64,000 nt of DNA. It comes from a virus. Every line of letters begins with the position of its first letter. The stretch's first letter is position 1. Of the stretch, positions 18,564 through 26,456 are shown piece by piece. The stretch is taken from positions 1 to 64,000 of IMG/VR virus record IMGVR_UViG_3300044712_001570; one strand, 5' to 3'. Under the pieces are notes generated by a model, which was not told where the DNA came from, made no database searches, and saw nothing but the letters and a program-made list of their open reading frames with translations. Both the position numbers and the translations under genes were made by a program.

Positions 18564-18718
18564 AGACCATCCTTGTTATTGCAATCTTATTTATAGCCGC
18601 ATGTTCCCCATGGTGGACCAAACCAGTATGCGATTGCGTACAACCCGATGGCACATGCTGCAACACTCCCTCTCCAGTACCCATGACCAGTAGGAGCACC
18701 AATGCGACAACCAAGTAA
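18560..18718 (+). CDS. Small Cys-rich lipoprotein
   Basis: MKTILVIAILFIAAC lipobox; ATGA overlap at 18560. Confidence 0.6.
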   Translation: MKTILVIAILFIAACSPWWTKPVCDCVQPDGTCCNTPSPVPMTSRSTNATTK

Positions 18719-19379
18719 GGAAGAAGTAGAGCTTTATACGAATGCCCTACGAGTTAAGAAGCTAACACCTGCTCAAGTAGATACTATGGTAGCAGTATGC
18801 AGTAGACATGCTTTAGTCTCTATAGCGTATAGTGATGATGCATCCACTAGTACTATCATAAAGTATATGTATGATACATATCTAGGGTTCAACCTTAATG
18901 ACTTCAGTACACTAGCATTACTATGCAGAGCCCTAGGCAATAGTGAGCATCATATAGTATCCCCATTGGAGCTGCTTATGACAGTTACTGCATTCCTATC
19001 CGAGATACCGATCGAGGTTAAGGAGGGGCAAGCACCAGAGGAGTCAAAGGGGAGTAACCCTGTTACAATCTATTGGCTCATTAGAAGAATCAATCCAGCC
19101 TTCGAGGATAAAGGGGACTGGATGTATTACGCTTGTCACCTTAAAGATGTAAAGGAATCACCATGGATGCGATGGAGTTCATTCCATATCTTTAATGATG
19201 ATAGAGTTCCTATGTATGGTTCTAGGGATTCCGCTAGAGCTAAGGCTCGCAGCCTTATGGATAGAGAGCCACAGTATGCATATGATATAGTTGAAGTATC
19301 CTTCGATGGTAGTACTTGGACACTGCTACCTAATGCAGAACGGGTGCAACCTTGGGAGGCTAACGTTAAAGACCGTTAG
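18702..19379 (+). CDS. Hypothetical protein
   Basis: AGGAG RBS, 225 aa. Confidence 0.7.
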   Translation: MRQPSKEEVELYTNALRVKKLTPAQVDTMVAVCSRHALVSIAYSDDASTSTIIKYMYDTYLGFNLNDFSTLALLCRALGNSEHHIVSPLELLMTVTAFLSEIPIEVKEGQAPEESKGSNPVTIYWLIRRINPAFEDKGDWMYYACHLKDVKESPWMRWSSFHIFNDDRVPMYGSRDSARAKARSLMDREPQYAYDIVEVSFDGSTWTLLPNAERVQPWEANVKDR

Positions 19380-19395
19380 CATACACATAAGACTT

Positions 19396-19477
19396 CCTGC
19401 CTATTGCCAAGATAGGTAGGACCGCGACTCAACACCATTACCTCCTACCCCCTCGGTGTTGAGTCGCTTTTATTTTT
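19396..19477 (+). ncRNA. Two-hairpin element / intrinsic terminator with an 18-nt anti-SD loop (sRNA candidate)
   Basis: CCTGCCTAT/ATAGGTAGG hairpin, then 13-bp GCGACTCAACACC/GGTGTTGAGTCGC stem, loop ATTACCTCCTACCCCCTC, T-rich tail. Confidence 0.55.
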
Positions 19478-19487
19478 GGCGCAATCT
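19478..19487 (+). promoter_or_regulatory. GGYGCAAYCT phage promoter motif
   Basis: GGCGCAATCT-N7-AAGAGG, directly after the terminator. Confidence 0.65.
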
Positions 19488-19509
19488 CTAAGGTAAGAGG
19501 TAAAAGCAA

Positions 19510-19986
19510 ATGATTCCTATCAAGTACAAGGAAGTTCTGGTTCCTATAGACATTAAGACCTTGCGAGTAGGGGATACACTAAGGTGTACCAAACGCTACT
19601 TTGATAAAGCTAAAGGTTGTAATGTAATAGTACAATCAATAGATACCAACGACGTACGCTCGGTATGTATTGATTATGATAGCCATGGTGGTCGATGGGT
19701 ATGGAATCACCAGTTAGTAAAGCGCTTCATGAGAGTCACCAGGGTTATTGACTTCAAGTGGGTATGGCAAATAGGTAGCAAGTATACTTGTGCAGTTGGC
19801 AACTTCTGGCTTCATGCCTTTATCAACCCGCTTACCCATAGATGGTCCTGGAGAATATCCGAGTATGAGAACGGGCGAGTAGGTGATATTAGCAAGATAA
19901 TGCTTCTTGGTAATGCCAATAGTCAGGAGGAAGCTATGCATGCTGCAGAGTGCTTTTGCTCCATGCTATGTGAGGTAAGGTTATGA
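19510..19986 (+). CDS. Hypothetical protein
   Basis: GAGG RBS. Confidence 0.7.
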   Translation: MIPIKYKEVLVPIDIKTLRVGDTLRCTKRYFDKAKGCNVIVQSIDTNDVRSVCIDYDSHGGRWVWNHQLVKRFMRVTRVIDFKWVWQIGSKYTCAVGNFWLHAFINPLTHRWSWRISEYENGRVGDISKIMLLGNANSQEEAMHAAECFCSMLCEVRL

Positions 19987-20243
19987 CAGCAGAGGATATA
20001 CTCATTAGTGTATATCTTGCTAGGTTAGAGGTTCGAAAGGCTAGGCGTGCTGTTAAGGAAAGCTTGGACTTAGAGGACCCAGAGTTCGACCCTGAGAATC
20101 CCAAGCATACGGAGCATACCCTAAGGCTAAAGGAAGCCCAACGGGTTCTAAAGAACTTAGCTATAAGGGCAAGACATCTATGCATAAAGAGGCTAAAGGA
20201 AGGATATCAGGTGAAAGCCTATGAGAGACTTTATATTCGATGA
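19983..20243 (+). CDS. Hypothetical protein
   Basis: ATGA overlap. Confidence 0.65.
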   Translation: MTAEDILISVYLARLEVRKARRAVKESLDLEDPEFDPENPKHTEHTLRLKEAQRVLKNLAIRARHLCIKRLKEGYQVKAYERLYIR

Positions 20244-20724
20244 TATGGAGGATGTGTATCTAAGGTGTAGTCGAAACCCTAATACACATGACTTCTCGGA
20301 AGTACCAGGAGTATGCATAGGGGTAGTAAAGGTAATGCAAGTTACCTCTAAGGCTATGATGGCTGTAGTCGATGGGGTAGAGCATTGGTTCCCCTTTAGC
20401 CAGATACACGAGACATCCCCTATTAGACCTTTCATGTCGGAGGTAGGGGATACAGGTCTACTTGTTATAAGCAAGTGGCTTGCAAAGCAGAAGGAACTTA
20501 AAGAGGTTAAGGAAGAGGATAAGCTTCAAGCCTTAGTAGATGGCGCTCATATGCTAGCAAGAACCTTCTATGAGATGCAGGGCTTTATAGCTAATGAAGG
20601 CTTTAGGTTAGATAAAGCCTTGCATACTAGGGAGAAGATGTGTTGGCATATGGCGTGTAAAGCCTATGAGCTACTGCTAAAGACTGATATTGATGAAGTC
20701 ATCAAAGAGCTAGAGGAGGAGTAG
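20221..20724 (+). CDS. Two-domain hypothetical protein (N-terminal domain paralogous to 16028)
   Basis: TSKAMM..WFPFSQIHETS..GDTGLLVISKWLAK, then a helical LARTFY..CWHMACKAY domain. Confidence 0.7.
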   Translation: MRDFIFDDMEDVYLRCSRNPNTHDFSEVPGVCIGVVKVMQVTSKAMMAVVDGVEHWFPFSQIHETSPIRPFMSEVGDTGLLVISKWLAKQKELKEVKEEDKLQALVDGAHMLARTFYEMQGFIANEGFRLDKALHTREKMCWHMACKAYELLLKTDIDEVIKELEEE

Positions 20725-20725
20725 A

Positions 20726-20947
20726 ATGCCAACGTATGAATACAAGTGCCCTTTATGTGGAGTAGTCAAAGAGGTGGAACACTCAGTAGCAGAGCTGGAT
20801 AATATCGTTCTCCCCTGTAAACTATGCCTTGATGTAAGAAACAAGGCAGTTGAGATGAAACGACAGATTAGCACAAGTACCTCCTTTCGACTTGTAGGAG
20901 GTGGGTGGGCTGCGCATGGGTATGTAACACCAGGAGTTAATAAATGA
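20726..20947 (+). CDS. FmdB-family zinc-ribbon protein
   Basis: MPTYEYKCPLCG...CKLC...F.L.GGGW. Confidence 0.85.
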   Translation: MPTYEYKCPLCGVVKEVEHSVAELDNIVLPCKLCLDVRNKAVEMKRQISTSTSFRLVGGGWAAHGYVTPGVNK

Positions 20948-21198
20948 GCAACGAGTATATGAATGGGTCTATTGCCTTGGAAAGGGCTAACCAAGCTTCC
21001 GTTGATTCCTTGAATAGATCAATAGCAGAGGTTAAACGGCAGGGAGTTAAGCTAGGTGCAGCTTCCTTGCTCTTAGAGATTATCCGAAGGAAAAGCATCC
21101 TTTGCCTTAGCTCTACGCTATATCCGCTAGGGCGAGCGATGGAGACTTTATGCTATGAAACAAGGGGTATCGGAAAAGGTAGGGAGTGTTGCACGTGA
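20944..21198 (+). CDS. Hypothetical protein
   Basis: ATGA-type overlap. Confidence 0.5.
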   Translation: MSNEYMNGSIALERANQASVDSLNRSIAEVKRQGVKLGAASLLLEIIRRKSILCLSSTLYPLGRAMETLCYETRGIGKGRECCT

Positions 21199-21704
21199 AA
21201 CATTATAGGGTTGTATCTGCTAGCGCTCCTAGCCTTGGAGGGGTAAACTTCCCCTTGTTTGGCAAGAGAGGTAAGGTGACTATGGGAGCATTTACCGATA
21301 AAACATATGGCTGGGTACTCAACGATAAGACCTGGTACAAGGTTTATATATGTATCTCAGAGAAACGAAAGGTTGCTGTAGTAGCTTTATTCCATGGTGA
21401 AGTGTTCTTTGACCTTGAATCTGGCTGGGAGATTAGCAGGGATAATATATGGGATATTCAAATACCCTGCAATATTAGGCTTAGACTATATACTGACCAG
21501 GGGAAAGTAGATAGAGAGCTACTCGATAGCTTGCAAGTACTGATGACTAAGTTCATAGTTCATCCGTCAAGTATGAGTCGTATGCACCAGCTTGAGTTGA
21601 AGGAACTGTTGAGTGCATGGGAGAGGGAGGAAAGGTCTACTTTAGTGACTAAAGAGATGCCAGTCTATATCACGGGGGATTGTAAAGAGGTTGGTGGAGG
21701 GTGA
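21186..21704 (+). CDS. Hypothetical protein (start uncertain)
   Basis: Last gene of the plus-strand accessory block. Confidence 0.6.
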   Translation: MLHVKHYRVVSASAPSLGGVNFPLFGKRGKVTMGAFTDKTYGWVLNDKTWYKVYICISEKRKVAVVALFHGEVFFDLESGWEISRDNIWDIQIPCNIRLRLYTDQGKVDRELLDSLQVLMTKFIVHPSSMSRMHQLELKELLSAWEREERSTLVTKEMPVYITGDCKEVGGG

Positions 21705-21747
21705 CCGATTCGTCCGCTTAAATGCTAGTAGAGCTATTATTAAAGCA

Positions 21748-21777
21748 TAAAAGCCCTCTGTTTGGTAACAGGGGGCT
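21748..21777 (-). terminator. Intrinsic terminator between convergent units
   Basis: AGCCCTCTGTT-TGGT-AACAGGGGGCT stem with T-run on the minus strand. Confidence 0.7.
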
Positions 21778-21802
21778 ATATACATTTTGGGTATTGGCTT
21801 AG

Positions 21803-21988
21803 CTATGGTGCTACATCTATCTGAAGTACTAGCTGCCTTGTATCATAATCATAGCTAGCTTGTATAAGGTGATAGGTAGTAGTACCATCTATAGAAACTA
21901 TCCTGAGGGTGTCTTCTTTTGTACCATCAAAACTTTCCTCAAGTACTGCTTTCACTAGTACTAGTAGGCCTTCTCGAACGTTACTCAT
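21803..21988 (-). CDS. Hypothetical protein
   Basis: AAGGA RBS. Confidence 0.6.
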   Translation of the reverse strand: MSNVREGLLVLVKAVLEESFDGTKEDTLRIVSIDGTTTYHLIQASYDYDTRQLVLQIDVAP

Positions 21989-22154
21989 TAGCTTTTCCTT
22001 TCACAGCAACTGGTCCATCTACTAGCTCGTAGTCGCCCTCATTAGTATCATGCCACTTCATTAGGGCATGTTCACTGTCGTATGCTTTGCAGTACCAATA
22101 GGCTTGGTGTGTTTCCTTGGTGTCGGCTGTATAGGTAATCCTAAACAGTTTCAT
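21981..22154 (-). CDS. Small hypothetical protein (57 aa; not in track)
   Basis: MKLFRITYTAD...; AGGAGG RBS. Confidence 0.6.
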   Translation of the reverse strand: MKLFRITYTADTKETHQAYWYCKAYDSEHALMKWHDTNEGDYELVDGPVAVKGKANE

Positions 22155-22159
22155 ACCTA

Positions 22160-22432
22160 CTACCTCCTAGCCCTTGCGAGGGCAGAACGAACGTTATTAA
22201 TAAAGCCAATCATGTCAGTATGATTAGCTTTCGATGTTATAATCCTTGGCTCGTGCTGGTCTACAAGTAGACCAATAGCATTAAGGCAAGTACGAAGCAC
22301 TCGCACTTCCGCCTTGAGCTTTGCGTTTTCAAGCCTAGTGTTAGCGCATATAGCGTTTAGGCATAACTCATTCATTGTTTTGGTTACCCTTTGCCCTATA
22401 GGCATATTAGGTACAGACGATGGTGTAGTCAT
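22160..22432 (-). CDS. Hypothetical protein
   Basis: AGGGG RBS; coiled-coil segment. Confidence 0.6.
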   Translation of the reverse strand: MTTPSSVPNMPIGQRVTKTMNELCLNAICANTRLENAKLKAEVRVLRTCLNAIGLLVDQHEPRIITSKANHTDMIGFINNVRSALARARR

Positions 22433-22455
22433 GGTTCCCCCTTGGTTGATTATTT

Positions 22456-22496
22456 AAAGAGCTGCTAGGGGGATTCGAACCCCCTAGAACCCCTTC
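22456..22496 (-). other. Long hairpin capped by a tRNA T-loop
   Basis: CTAGGGGG-TTCGAAT-CCCCCTAG; no D-arm or anticodon arm. Confidence 0.6.
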
Positions 22497-22620
22497 GTTT
22501 ACACCAATGAATGCATGAAAAGGACCTTCATATGAAGGAATGAAAAGTATTGGCAACACTATATCATTCATTAGTATAAATTCTGTTCTCACAGCCATAG
22601 GGGAGGAAGCTCCCCTTGTG

Positions 22621-23238
22621 TTATTTATTACTCATATGTTCGTCATCATACTGGGCTTGCGCCCATACTTTTTCAGCGAACTCATTTATCCTATTTATAA
22701 TAAGTAGGTCACCATTATCATCGTCGGTGCCATTATCGGCATCAAGGTACTCTATTAGGGATTCTATATTTTTATGATTCCCACCGTGTCTACACTCGCG
22801 TACAAGCTGCCCGACTATACCGTTATAATAGTCGGCAGCTTCCCATATCCTAACGTCTCCTGACATGCCTTGTATCATTGAAGCTATCAAACCCATAAGC
22901 TCCTGCCCATCCTCGGTAAGGGTACCTATAAGATTAGTTTGATGATTATACTCTGAGGAATATTCCTCTAATGCTTTTTCAAATCTGGGCTTTACCTCCT
23001 CCTCAATCCAGGATGTAACGCTTTCCTTTTGCATATTAGGTAATGTAAACGCATGGCTACGGCCATGGTATAAGTCAAAAGAGGATCCCTGACCCTTTAG
23101 TTCTGTATCGACTAATATAGTTTTTTTCTCGAAGTCGAGAGTCATAGTGGGGCGCCAGCAAGCGCCATGAGGGGAGTTATCTACACCTATGGTATCCTTG
23201 ATTGTGACTTCGATTGTAGTCATTAGTATCTCCTCCAT
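22621..23238 (-). CDS. Hypothetical acidic protein
   Basis: GGAGG RBS suggests start at 23223. Confidence 0.75.
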   Translation of the reverse strand: MEEILMTTIEVTIKDTIGVDNSPHGACWRPTMTLDFEKKTILVDTELKGQGSSFDLYHGRSHAFTLPNMQKESVTSWIEEEVKPRFEKALEEYSSEYNHQTNLIGTLTEDGQELMGLIASMIQGMSGDVRIWEAADYYNGIVGQLVRECRHGGNHKNIESLIEYLDADNGTDDDNGDLLIINRINEFAEKVWAQAQYDDEHMSNK

Positions 23239-23411
23239 GTAGTACTGGGTTTGGGTTTAGGCCAAGCGCTTGTATCTTTAGGGATATTGTCCTTATCCCC
23301 GTAATAGTTAATAAAGTGGCATCCGCAGTTCCCGCAGAAAGCGTAGTAGTCGACCTCAGTATCTTTACCGAGATCGTCGTCACAATCGGGGCAGGTGCAT
23401 GAGCAGGCCAC
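23223..23411 (-). CDS. Small zinc-ribbon protein
   Basis: CPDC...CGNCG. Confidence 0.55.
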   Translation of the reverse strand: MACSCTCPDCDDDLGKDTEVDYYAFCGNCGCHFINYYGDKDNIPKDTSAWPKPKPSTTWRRY

Positions 23412-23606
23412 TTAACCCTCCAACTTAGTTGAATAGTAGTTGCCCTTTTTCCAGGCGAGCTCAAGGGAGGAGCGTGGGAACTCCTCCGTGATTAGAGGAG
23501 CAAGCTTTACTTGTTCCTCTACAGGAATCTCAAGGTAAGTAGAGATATGGGGATACTCCATCCCCATCTCAAAGGCTTGTTCGATTGCGTTTGCGCTTGT
23601 GGTCAT
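23412..23606 (-). CDS. Hypothetical protein, first gene of leftward unit
   Basis: ATG 23606 directly after promoter (track start 23717 runs through the promoter). Confidence 0.6.
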   Translation of the reverse strand: MTTSANAIEQAFEMGMEYPHISTYLEIPVEEQVKLAPLITEEFPRSSLELAWKKGNYYSTKLEG

Positions 23607-23618
23607 GCTTATAGTATA

Positions 23619-23635
23619 TGCACTAGGTATGCCAA
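23619..23635 (-). promoter_or_regulatory. Sigma54-like promoter (leftward)
   Basis: TTGGCATACCTAGTGCA, 13 nt from TGC to ATG. Confidence 0.6.
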
Positions 23636-23873
23636 GGTTTGCGCACCTACCCCTATTATAGGGATCGCGCAATACCCCTAGTATTATGGGCATTATAAGG
23701 ATAGCCATCCTTTGCACTACTTGGCTAATCTTTGCATACCTTGCACATCTTTACATGCCTAGCTTTCCCCTTCAAAACTAAGGTTTTGCCCTATAGCTAC
23801 GACTTATTTGCATGGTATCTATAAAACCCTTATAAAACCTACAGGTTTTGCATAGGCTATAGGTTAGCCAAGG

Positions 23874-23890
23874 TTGGCACACCTAGTGCA
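23874..23890 (+). promoter_or_regulatory. Sigma54-like promoter (rightward)
   Basis: TTGGCACACCTAGTGCA, 13 nt from TGC to ATG; 16/17 identical to the leftward copy. Confidence 0.6.
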
Positions 23891-23902
23891 TTATGGGTAT
23901 GC

Positions 23903-24097
23903 ATGAACGCAACCCCTGACCAGATAAGCAATATAACCCTCACTAACTGTAAACTTATTGCTACTTTTAAATATGTAGAGCAAAACCTTATTAGACTAGA
24001 TTATAATAATATAACCCTTCACCTTACTAAAGAAGAAGCTATAGGCCAAAAAGCCTACATGATCGCCATGGGCTGGAAGGTTTCTAATCGCGCATAA
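23903..24097 (+). CDS. Hypothetical protein, first gene of rightward unit
   Basis: Near-leaderless ATG after promoter. Confidence 0.6.
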   Translation: MNATPDQISNITLTNCKLIATFKYVEQNLIRLDYNNITLHLTKEEAIGQKAYMIAMGWKVSNRA

Positions 24098-24135
24098 TGG
24101 TTGTTATCTGGTGGGTTCGATTCCCACCATGCGCC
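24090..24135 (+). other. tRNA minihelix-like structure
   Basis: GCGCAT/ATGCGC stem stacked on GGTGGG-TTCGATT-CCCACC T-arm, 14-nt linker in place of D and anticodon arms. Confidence 0.6.
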
Positions 24136-24175
24136 CTGTCGCAGTTTTTAGCGACTATTAAAGGAGAATCATATC

Positions 24176-24922
24176 ATGGCACGAAAGTCAAAAGCACCTA
24201 CACAAGAACAAATTAATGCAGTCCTTGCAGAAGAAGGTCTAATGCTTGCTCGTAAGGACGAGCAGGGGGCTTTCCAAACAGAAGTCCTAGGCACCGTGTA
24301 TTGGGTCAAAAGTGATATATCAAAGGAAGATGAGGATGGTATTGAGGATGAAGATGTAGATGGGGAAGAAGAAGATGAAGTGGAAGTGGAAGCTCCCCCA
24401 CCAGTTGTCCCTATTGCAGCACCCGCTCCTACTTCTACTTCCAATAAGAATGCATACACTAAGGACTTTCTAAAGCGTAAAGCGAAAGTTCTTAAGGACC
24501 TAGGGTACTTCCATGGCTGGTGTCCGGGAGTATATGTCTCATATGCTAAGCGTCTTAGAGACGATATGAATCTAGTATCAGGTTCCCACCAGACAGACGT
24601 AGGGAAAAAACTGGCTGGAGATCTGTTAGCAGCTGTAAAGGCTATTGATACCGCTATTGAAACAATGCGATCGTTACCAGCAGGTTGGAAGCCAGAAAAG
24701 ACTGAGCAAGCTAAAAAGTCCAGTGGCCCCTCTGCTTTACAAGTAGGGGATAGGGTAGCCCTCACAGATAAGGCTCGCAAGAGTGGGGGATATGATGGCT
24801 TGCTGACAGATTGTAATGAGACATTCAGAGTTCTCCTTGCAACGTCATCTATTACCCGCGTTCAAAGCGAGCACGATGGGGTGTTGACACTACCACGAAA
24901 GGACCTTGAACTAGCTAAGTAG
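24176..24922 (+). CDS. Hypothetical protein with acidic linker and C-terminal SH3/KOW-like domain
   Basis: AAGGAG RBS; LQVGDRVAL...LPRKDLE. Confidence 0.75.
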   Translation: MARKSKAPTQEQINAVLAEEGLMLARKDEQGAFQTEVLGTVYWVKSDISKEDEDGIEDEDVDGEEEDEVEVEAPPPVVPIAAPAPTSTSNKNAYTKDFLKRKAKVLKDLGYFHGWCPGVYVSYAKRLRDDMNLVSGSHQTDVGKKLAGDLLAAVKAIDTAIETMRSLPAGWKPEKTEQAKKSSGPSALQVGDRVALTDKARKSGGYDGLLTDCNETFRVLLATSSITRVQSEHDGVLTLPRKDLELAK

Positions 24923-24980
24923 ACCTATTGTTCTTAGCTTATGGATTTGCTTAATACTCCCACCCTATTAGGAGTTAGGT

Positions 24981-26159
24981 ATGAGACAAGATCGGTTAAT
25001 GCACGCAGCATTCTTCACCCCACTTAGTGGGGGGAGATGGGGATTACCCATAGTGTTTGAGGGTATCCCGGGTATTGCAAAGTCTTCACTAGTTAGGGAC
25101 TTCGCAGCTAAATGCGAGGTACCACTGCACATATTAGATGCATCATCAGGTGAGGGTGCATACGGGGTTATCCCTATGCCTATGGACCATAAGGGGGTTC
25201 TATCCACCCGGTATCCTATCCCTGAGTGGGCAGTAGATATGCTAACGAATGACGTTGGTGTAGTTTTCGTGGATGAACTAACATCCACACCACCACTCAT
25301 TCAAGCTGCTCAGATGGCGCTTATTCTTGATCGTCGAATAGGTGGTCACACGCTACCTCAACGCGTTAGAATATTAGGAGCTTGTAACCCCACTGACCAA
25401 GCGACTTATGGACACGAGATAGCTGCTCCTTTAGCTAATAGATGTGTATGGGTGCATGTTGACCCTCCTTCAGTGGAGGAGCATGCATCCTATATGATGG
25501 GGCTAACTTCTGACAAGTCCCAAGAAAAGGTTAGCGCTTCCCAAGAGGAAGCACGCGTACTAGCAGAATGGCCCAAAGCATGGGCTACTGCTGTAGGTTT
25601 AGAGATAGGGTTCCTTTCAAGGAACCAGGGCTATAAAAACGGTGTACCTACAGACACATCAGGACAGCAGAAGAAAGGGAGTGATATAGGTATAGGTATT
25701 AAGTCATTCCCCTCGGATAGATCATGGGAGGCGGCCACAAGAGCCATTGCCACAGGTATAGTACATAACCTCTCAACAGAAGAAACCAACGACCTTATTG
25801 CTGGGTGTATAGGGTCCACTGCAATGAACTTAGTACGAACATATCAGGCAGAGTGCGATCTACCTGATACATCCAACCTATTAGATGGTAAGGTATCATT
25901 CACGCATTCACAGATAAGACCAGATAGAAGTGCAGCGGTCATATCATCATGTACTGCATTAGTTATCCCAAAGAGTTGCCCTAATCGAGAGAAGAGGGCA
26001 AGCGCTCTATGGAAGCTCCTGGAGTCACTTCAACTCATAATGAAAGACCTAGCTATACCAGCTACTAAGGCTTTGGTAGATAATGGTCTAGTAAGGCCTG
26101 AAGGAGTAAAGGTACTCGCCTCAGTAGAACCTATCCTGTCAGCAAGTAAGGTAAGATAG
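24981..26159 (+). CDS. MoxR-like AAA+ ATPase
   Basis: Walker A GIPGIAKS, Walker B VFVDE, GACNP, PLANR arginine finger, PSDRSW. Confidence 0.88.
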   Translation: MRQDRLMHAAFFTPLSGGRWGLPIVFEGIPGIAKSSLVRDFAAKCEVPLHILDASSGEGAYGVIPMPMDHKGVLSTRYPIPEWAVDMLTNDVGVVFVDELTSTPPLIQAAQMALILDRRIGGHTLPQRVRILGACNPTDQATYGHEIAAPLANRCVWVHVDPPSVEEHASYMMGLTSDKSQEKVSASQEEARVLAEWPKAWATAVGLEIGFLSRNQGYKNGVPTDTSGQQKKGSDIGIGIKSFPSDRSWEAATRAIATGIVHNLSTEETNDLIAGCIGSTAMNLVRTYQAECDLPDTSNLLDGKVSFTHSQIRPDRSAAVISSCTALVIPKSCPNREKRASALWKLLESLQLIMKDLAIPATKALVDNGLVRPEGVKVLASVEPILSASKVR

Positions 26160-26180
26160 TTTATCCTAAGGGGTATATCC

Positions 26181-26456
26181 ATGATCAAAACTGGAACAGG
26201 TTGGTTAGTGATAGAGGAACCAGCAACCGGCGTAGTTGACATATGTAAGGTCGACTACAACAATGGGTGGTCAAATAATAATCCTGGTGGGTGGACGTAC
26301 CAGGATTATTGTCACTCACATGGTCGTGTTTCACTTGAAACCATAGATCGCCTTGAGGCAGAAGAGTTCGCCAATAAAGCGGTGCAGTATTACAGATCCT
26401 GTGGGTTTGAGGATAGTCGAGTTTTCCATAACTATGACTGTAAGGAAAATATCTAA
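26181..26456 (+). CDS. Hypothetical protein
   Basis: Between AAA and vWA genes, AGGGG RBS. Confidence 0.65.
   Translation: MIKTGTGWLVIEEPATGVVDICKVDYNNGWSNNNPGGWTYQDYCHSHGRVSLETIDRLEAEEFANKAVQYYRSCGFEDSRVFHNYDCKENI

Noticed and set aside
22407-22598. 63-aa minus-strand ORF
   Set aside because: Runs through the T-loop hairpin and its putative RBS is buried in a hairpin; coding status too uncertain to list.
23607-23717. N-terminal extension of ORF 23412-23717
   Set aside because: Runs through the promoter; ATG 23606 mirrors the spacing of the rightward gene.
22456-24135. T-loop hairpins as real tRNA genes or attP sites
   Set aside because: They lack D and anticodon arms; no integrase in the window. 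attP cannot be fully excluded without the rest of the genome.
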